Source of the DNA: Basidioascus undulatus
Taxonomy: Eukaryota
Length of the DNA: 33,396 bases
Direction: 5' to 3'
NCBI GenBank assembly: GCA_000826855.1
Contig: JTLS01000084.1
Location: forward strand, 1 to 33,396
The position numbers and the translations under genes were made by a program. Below are positions 25,935-33,396 of this stretch, piece after piece (the first letter of the stretch is position 1; each line of letters starts with the position of its first letter). The notes beneath the pieces are model-generated. The model was not told the DNA's origin. It saw only the letters and a list, made by a program, of their open reading frames with translations, and ran no database searches.

Positions 25935-28920
25935 CTACTGGCCAGCAGTAAGTGCTTGGGCCTTCTTCTTCTCCTCCCGAAGCCGGAGGGACTTCTTGAT
26001 GCTGTTGAAGCAGAAGATGGATGGAAATCAGTACTCAAAAAGCCCCTGACGCGCAACACAGGTTCCACGTACCCGAAATCCTCCTCAAAGATGAGCTTCG
26101 TTTCCTCCAAAGAAAGGCCAGTAGTCTCGGGGAAGAAGAACGCCACGAAAAGAACTCCAAGGAAACAAATTCCGGCATCTGTGATGGTCACTCTAAGTCA
26201 GCACTGCGAACGAGGCGCGCTCAGTGCAGATACTCACAGACACCAAACGTCCCGGACGGGCCGGCATGCTCGAGCAAGCTGAGGTACGTCGCTGCGATGA
26301 GGCTGAAATGGGAAAATGTCAGAATAAAATCACGATACACAAATATCAGGGCGAGTATCACTCACAAGTTGGCAGCCCAGCAAGTAGCCGTACCGATCGA
26401 CGTGCCCATTCCTCGGACCTGGAGGTCGAACAGCTCCGCCTGTTGCCAGGGAACGTTACCGAGGCCTGTCGCGTAAGACGCAACGTAGAACACCTGGGAT
26501 GGAATTAGTTTCGTCAGTCTATCGTCTACCACGAGAAAGGATTTGATGCCCACCATGCTGAAGAGGACGAGGCCCGCCCAGGTCGTAGAGTATTTGGTGC
26601 CCTCGACAAGCTCACCGCCAGTGGGGATGGTAAGATAGTGGAAGAACACAGCAGCCAGTACAAGCCCGATGACCCTGACCGCAAACAGTCGGACAGGTCA
26701 GTGTCAGCCGCAGAGTTGGGCTGTGTCCGTTATAACAGGACACTCACATGCCGGGGGTAGTCCAGAGCATGATCCGACGCCTGCCAATCTTGTCGATCCA
26801 TTGGAAGGCAACAACAGCTGAAATCCTACACGTCAGCGGCGTACAAAACCTTTAAGACTGTGTAGGACTGCTCACTCATGGCGAAGTTGGTGCCGGAGAC
26901 GATCAAGCCAACGGCGGTAGGGTTGTCGAATCCGGTCATCTTGAAAAGTGTTGCGCTGTAGTACATCTGTAGCGATCATGAGACAGACAGGTGAGGACAA
27001 AGTGCGACAGAAAAGGAAGGGCGGGTGACGCACCAACGAATTGACTGTTGAAGGTAAGTAAAGTCATATGGGTCAGTGTCTCCAAAGTGACCATCCAAGG
27101 AAGACCATTCGTACACCCTGAAAGCTGCTGGAAGGCCATGAGACCAGCGGTGACGCTGTTTGATCATCTTAGCACTTATTCCACTCCTCTGTGCTGGAAA
27201 AGTAACGACTCACATAACGGCGCGGCGGTTGACACCATCAGCCATCATGCCCTTCAGACGTTGCCAGAACGTCGTCCGGTTGGAAAGGGCCAGCGCGTCG
27301 TCCACCGTCTTATGGATGAGGTGCAGCTTGAGGTTGATCTGCTCCGTGGGCGCAAAGCTGTGTGAACAGATCGCAGTACATTAGCATTCGGTATTTTCTC
27401 GGCTGCTGGATGAATACGCACGGGTAGATCTTCTTCATGACTGCGTTGGCCTCCTCATGTTTTCCCCAGCGCACAAGAATGCGAGGGCTGTTGAATACAA
27501 GTAGTTAGAGTCTGGTTGCAAGTTACTTTCACGCCGCAGAGCTGGCGCACCTTTCCGGCAGCCAGTGCATTGCGCAGAGCTGGATGGCGGAAGGGACGGC
27601 ACCTGAAAGGTCATGGGTATTCAGCGCAACTGAAAGACACCTCTTAACTTCAACTATGCCTTACCTAGGCCGATCATCCACCTTAAAACAGAAAACGCAT
27701 TGCCTGTCAGTGACTACATAAAGACTTACGGAGGACGACTGCTCCACGCACTTCCAACCATAGTGAACGTGAGCAAAGCCGGCACCGATTCCATATGCCA
27801 CAACCTGGCCGCCAGTGATAGCGAGCTATGAAGAAACCGCTTAGCCTCAATGCCCAGGGCTTCGCGTAAAAGCCACGTACGGAGTTGATGGTCACAAGGC
27901 GACCGCGTTGACGAGTGGGTGCAAGTTCCCCCAGATACCTGCCCATTACGCATCCGTCAGAAAACTCCGTAGTTTGAGGCTGCGGGTGAAAGGACGGCAA
28001 TTCTCACAAAGGTGTAACGCAGGACGCGCTTCCCACACCGAGACCCTGCAACTCGGCGTCAGCAACCGTTGTGCGAGAGACTGAAGTGAACAGGCTCACC
28101 ATGACAAAACGTCCAGCGACGAGGACACCGAAGATATTGGTGGCTGCCTGCATGACAGCCCCCACAATGAAGCTGCGAAAGGTGGTTAATGTATGCTCCG
28201 TCTCATTCATAAGGAAGAAATGACTTACAAGACATCGGCAACGGCAAGCGTCCACTTCCTCCCGATTCTATCCGAGATGACACCTCCAGACAGCCCTCCG
28301 ATGAATGCGCCGATAGTCAATGCAGACGCTATCGGAATCTTGATCAACTTCGGTCATAGAAGAATGGAGGCGTGCTTCAAAACGTACTGATCATCTCCTT
28401 GTCAAAGTCTGGATTGACAGTCAGCAGAGTGAATATGTTATCCACGGGCAGGAGGCAGACTCACTTTTAAGCTCCCGCCCAAGGTCTGTCCCAATGGTAA
28501 CCAAGGCTCCAGAAACGACCCCTGACAGCACAGGCGAATCAGTTAGGAGCACGCTGTAGGAGGTAGTCGGGACGGGACATGCCAGTGTCATATCCAAACA
28601 GCAAGCCGGACTGTGTGCGTTTCACGCGGTAAGCATTTGCGTATTTACTATATAGATAATTAAGAGTGCTCACTATAGCCGCCGCCAACGTGAGGCACCA
28701 AATGTAGGCACTGGCACATTGCAGTCTGTATCAGCGACGAGTATGGACACAGCTCGGACGGTCATGGGGCTCACGTCGTCTTCTCTTCTCCTTCCGCATG
28801 TATTTGACTCTCGTCCAGAACACCGACATATGCCTTCTCAAGATCGCTAGCGCTGTGCTCTATATGGACCGGGATGTTCTTGCTGTCGTACGCGTACGGC
28901 ACTGGTTTGATGTCCGCCAT
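25935..28920 (-). CDS. MFS sugar-porter family transporter, myo-inositol transporter (ITR)-like, about 23 exons
   Basis: Spliced model: SGLLFGYDTGVVSGALVTIGTDLG, SDRIGRK, YLGELAPTRQRGRLVT, LPESPR, FQQLSGFNSLMYYSATLF, IDKIGRRRIML, YATGLGNVPWQQAELF, FPETTGLSLEE; stop TAG at 25935-25937. Confidence 0.92.
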
Positions 28921-30188
28921 GTCGACTGTCGTCTATTGCGCGATGTTCCTGGTGCTGTTTTCGAAGTGCGGCGACCCAGGAATAGAAGAAGCGAGAGTGT
29001 GGAGAATGTGTGGAACAAACAATGTGGGGGTTATGTAGGGTACGATCGCATCGCGGTCCTGGCCTTTATGGGAGAGCAGTCCTCAGCGCTCTTCCTCCCT
29101 CCGAATGTCGGAGCGGCACCAGATGTGCAAGGACGCGAATAATCTTAGTGAGGGGAATGGTCATGTGAGTGCCCGATCGATAAGACACCCCTGTGAGCCC
29201 ATGTGGCCGGCGCGGACTTCAACAGACAGGGCGACAGCCGGCCAACTGCAGCTTGGCGATCCATTCTGTCAAAAGCGCAGGCCGACTATCTCATACTCAG
29301 ATACTTGAGTAGTTTCAAGAGAACTATTTCAACAGGGATAATAGTGACATCCACTCCGAGAAAGACCGGACCAATGAACCAGCCCATATGAATCTCGACG
29401 ATCCTTTGCCGCTCCATGGCCGCGGTCCTCCAGTAACAGTCCCAAGGTAACCATGGGCCAACTCAAACTGCAAATATCTTTCTTTCACAACGTTCAATGT
29501 CGAAAGATGTTCTCCAGGATTTGGTGGAGTCGGGCAGGCATGAAGCGGAAGGGAAATGGCCAAGCCAGTCAACCGCTGGCCGCAATCGTCAGCGGCGGCA
29601 CGGTACACTCGCGAGCCATCTGCAGACGGTCTCGTGACTTTCCTCTCAGCGGTACACCTTTCAAGGTTGGCTGCCCAGTTCCGGTTAATTTCGGAGCTGG
29701 GAAATGAAGATCTCCTTATCCTTACTTAGCCGGGCTGCAGTAGTCACTTCGCGGTGGCGCAAGGGTACAAAGGGCGCAGGTGAGCGGTTAGAGCGGCGGG
29801 CTCCTTGATATGGTTGCCTACAGCCAATAGAGAATGATTGACATCGTTTTATCAATAGATTCAGAAGTGTTTCCAGACCTGCAGATTTGAAGTGTAAAGA
29901 AGAGGAGCCCGGGTAAAAGGCCGTCAACGTCAGGCTGGAGGCCGCTTGATGATCACTGTACAGGGCGACACGCCCGACAGTGCAAAGATAAGGGCATCAT
30001 GGCATATTATTATAGTGTTGCAACAGACTAGGCCGGAAGTGAGAATGATGATTAGGTTCTAGAAATACAACAAGACCCAGAGAGCAAAGATTTAGAACCA
30101 AGAGGAAGAACGCGAAGGCACAGCGTACTCCTCCTTGCAGTTACAACCCTATGGTATTAACTTACCCAATCTTCCTTCGTTTGCACAA

Positions 30189-30413
30189 CACCGGTATCGA
30201 AACTCGACATCTCCGTCCTCATCGACATTCTCAACGGCGTCTTCAGCGAAGGCCCCGACGGCTTCTGCCGCGACGCGTACGTCCTACTTCAGCCTGCTTC
30301 CCCTCATTTCTATCTCCGAGTGCTAACCGAACATGTTCAACTCAAGCGTCGGCAACGTCCTCGTCCTTACTGAGACTAACATCGCTCTCCTCGTCAGCCT
30401 GAACGTCGTCTAA
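30189..30413 (+). pseudogene. 3' remnant of a paralog of the adjacent secreted repeat-protein gene
   Basis: Exon 30189-30276 reads TGIE/LDISVLIDILNGVFSEGPDGFCRDA, with a 1-nt frameshift and its acceptor changed to CAA. Intron 30277-30346 (GTACGT..GCTAAC..AAG) is followed by exon VGNVLVLTETNIALLVSLNVV*. Confidence 0.7.
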
Positions 30414-31440
30414 ATCCTGGCAACCTGTTCGGCTCTGCCGCGCATCCTGTCACACCACTCGCCGGCAGTGTTCCGAATGTAGTCTGCAGGATGGAAATGA
30501 TGACGTCCAGGTCGATGAGAGTGGCCGACCTGCGGATGAAAAACAGACCACGTTCAATACAGAAGCGCAGTGCGGGAAGAAGCGCGACAGGGGAACGTAC
30601 GGGTTGCAGAAAGTCGGGCAGCACCCTGGAGCCGGGCCGTTGAGGAGTGCAATCACGACGTCGACGCTCACGACGAGGCCGGAGCTGTCGTGTTCGTTCA
30701 GTTCAGCTTGGAAATCCCATGGGACTGATTATAACGAGACGAACACATCGCGGCAGAAGCCATCTCCGAGGTACGTGTAGTGGCCGTTGATGAGCGTAGC
30801 GAAGATCTGGGCGCTGAGGACGTTGCCGACACTGCAAGGGGGCCCGGAAGTTTAGCGCGGTGCCTTGAGTTTGACAGAGCGAGGCCATAGTGACGAACCC
30901 ATTGACGAACTCCCGTCCGCGTTCCGGAAGTACTGGAGATTGATGATGGCCGCGAAGAGCTCAAAGTCGAAGGGCACGCCGGAGCTATTGATATTGAAAG
31001 ATGTGATTAACCGGGTGTCTGCCGATGAGAAAATGGGTGGCTTGCGAAACGCTGCAGAAGGTGCCTTCCGAACACGAGGTGAAGTAGCCCGAAAGGAGGT
31101 AGGCGAGGAGCTCGATGTTGAGGGCGTTTCCGTCGCTGTGTGAGGAGGCAACTTAGTGAAATGCGTTAGCTGCTAGGGTGGAGTGAGCAAGGGAAACGCA
31201 CGCGTCGCTGTAGCAGCCGCAGCCCTTGGTGGTCTCCGTGAAGTAGCCGTGAGCGAGCGTGAGGATCGCCTCGATGTCAATGACCGAAACGCTGTCGCCG
31301 CCGACATCGGCGATGCCGACAACCGTATTGAGGTCCACGATGTCGAAGGGGAGCGACTTGGGAACCATTTCGGCGGGAGCGGCGTGCGAGACGGCAGCGA
31401 AGGAAGCGACGGCGGCGAAGACGGCGAGAGTAGAGCGCAT
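30394..31440 (-). CDS. Small secreted Cys-containing tandem-repeat protein, at least 6 exons, possibly frameshifted
   Basis: Signal-peptide-like MRSTLAVFAAVASFAAVSHA|AP. Exons 31440-31202, 31135-31046, 30984-30899, 30831-30745, 30684-30601 and 30529 onward each encode one ~28-30-aa repeat. The 3' end is ambiguous (stop at 30394, or at 30367 via an extra GC-AG intron). Confidence 0.75.
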
Positions 31441-32018
31441 TGTCGGTGTTCTTGAGGGGGAGGCTGTGGATGGTCTTGAGGGGAGGTGAGCGAAGCGTTG
31501 AGAAGGCGTAAGTGTGGAAGTGCGATAAAGAGAACGCGGCGGTGGGCAGGGCCTCCTTTTATGTGAACTGCAGCATGATTTCTATTGTGAGACAGAGAAG
31601 CCAGGCTGGACTGGCAAAGCACAAGATAACGTGTTCGTTGCGCGAGAGTCAGATTCGATCGAAGGGCGGTCACGATCAAGGGACGAGGCGCGCGAGGTCC
31701 GTGGGTCAGTTCGTGGACCAGCTCGATGGACAATAAGGTAGGTCGAGCAAAGCGAAGGGCGGATGTATCGTGCGCCTTGGTTCGATATGACAGTTAAAAA
31801 TTTAGATTTCCTGCTGGTTTGGGAGTGCGGACAGACCTCGGGTTGAGTTGCAAGGTCGCAACGGTCAGTCTAGGTGCTGAAGATTTTCACGGTACTGACA
31901 GAAAGCATGCGCACCCTTGGATCAGCGACTGTAGGCATTCACAGCAGCCCGTGCGCTCTTTCAAGCCATGCATCAATGCATAGCCTATCTATTGACCCTC
32001 CAAAAATCCAAGGAACAA

Positions 32019-33396
32019 CTAATACCACTTTGCCTTCAACTTTTTCCCCCTCACCTGTTCACCACCACCAACCCGAATCAACATCAGCTCAAGCCGCACA
32101 GACAGAAGAAAAGGCTAGGCCGCGCCAGACGCACGATAGGCTTGACAAAGATGATGGCGGCCGAGAGGGCGCCGATGGTGAGCACGAGCTGGGGCTTGTT
32201 GAACGCCTGGCTGAGGACGTCAAACTGCCTCGAGGGCGCGAAACGCGTGCCGAAGAGGTCGAGCCCGTGCGTGAAGACGATGCTCGTCGACTCGAGCGCC
32301 GCGGGGGAGGTCAGGATCTCGCGCGTGCCGATCACCTGTGCGGGGGAGAGGGACTGTCAGTAGCCGCGTCGCTGCGGGCTGGGGTGGGGGATGGGAAGGT
32401 GCGGTGCTCACGTCGTATTTGTGGGAAAGGACCCGACGCGGGTCGTCGACGATCAGCGGGTCGTACTGCATGAGCATCTCCTCGCGCTCCTCAGCGGTGG
32501 GCGCGCGCGTTGGCCGGCGAGGATCGAGCATGCGCTGGGGCAGGTAGATGATCTGGTTCTTGTCGTTGGCGACTGTGGACAGCGCGCACATCCCACTTTG
32601 TCAGCTTGCCCGCATCGCCCGTAGACGGAAGACGAATACGACGCACCGAGGACATCCTTGTTCGAGATTCCGTGCCGGGTCTTGGTGAACGCCAGGGCGT
32701 CGATGCGCCCGGGGAGGAGAGCGAAAGCCTGCGAGACGGCCTCCGGGTCCTCAGACAAGACGGAGCTCGACCCATGCGAGCTGCAGGAACAGCGCAAGCG
32801 CATCAGCCGCGCGCCACACAGCTCCGACGAACCTCCCTCCCAACGCACCTCCACCCCGACCCCGCATCCTGCGACTCGTACAGCTCGGCCGTAACGATAA
32901 TCGGCGTGTCCGGCGCGCCCTCCCTGGCGTGCTGAAACGCCGGGTAAACAAGCAAGTTCTCCTCGAACGCGGCCTGCGCCGCAGGGTCCGCGCTGACGCC
33001 CTCCTGCTCAGCGTGGTACCTGACCCTGCCCGACACCGCATCCACAAGGTACACCGCGGCAGTGCCCTTCTCCGCATTGCGCGTGTTGACGAGCAGCAAG
33101 TGCGGGTTTAGGTACTTCCGCAGCGCGTCGCGGTCGCCCGTCACGCGCGCGACGGAGGCGACTTCGGTTGCGGGCTTGGAGCGCACGGAGGTGAGCACCT
33201 CGGCGGGCGCGAGGGCGAACCCCCAGGTGGAGCGCGCGTGGAAGACCGGCGTGCCGCTCGTGTTGGAGGAGACGTGGATGTTGTACCCCAGCAGGTGCGC
33301 GGGCGAGGAAGAGAAGGCAAAGTGGAAGTAAGGCGCGAGGGAGGCGAAGGAGGCGCGGACAGTCGGGCAGGCGGGGCAGAGGTGAAGAATGGCGGC
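32019..33396 (-). CDS. EMC1: ER membrane protein complex subunit 1, 3' part (gene continues beyond the window)
   Basis: ASVARVTGDRDALRKYLNPHLL, YLVDAVSGRV, TKTRHGISNKDVL, LPQRMLDPRRP, TSPAALESTSIVFTHGLDLFGTRFAPSRQFDVLSQAFNKPQLVLTI, ending VRGKKLKAKWY* with TAG at 32019-32021. Confidence 0.93.

Overview
This is eukaryotic genomic DNA, most likely a basidiomycete fungus: introns are short (about 50-120 nt), with GTGCGT/GTGAGT/GTACGT donors and CTRAC branch sites. The ORF track therefore shows only exon fragments, and all gene models below were spliced by eye. Intact-looking genes: RPN9 (+), LPD1 (+), a Cys-type glutathione transferase (-), NOC2 (+), an intronless FOL3/FolC (+), an FMP46-like gene (-), a roughly 23-exon myo-inositol/sugar transporter (-) and the 3' part of EMC1 (-). 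Between them lie islands of decayed genes: two F-box pseudogenes, an HNH endonuclease pseudogene, a SNF2/SHPRH-like exon fragment, and two inverted remnants of one unrecognised family. The most notable observations are (1) a secreted protein built of ~29-aa repeats, one repeat per exon, with a tail-to-tail inverted paralog remnant, and (2) an apparent non-canonical GG-AG last intron in LPD1. I saw no tRNA, rRNA, CRISPR array or intact transposon.
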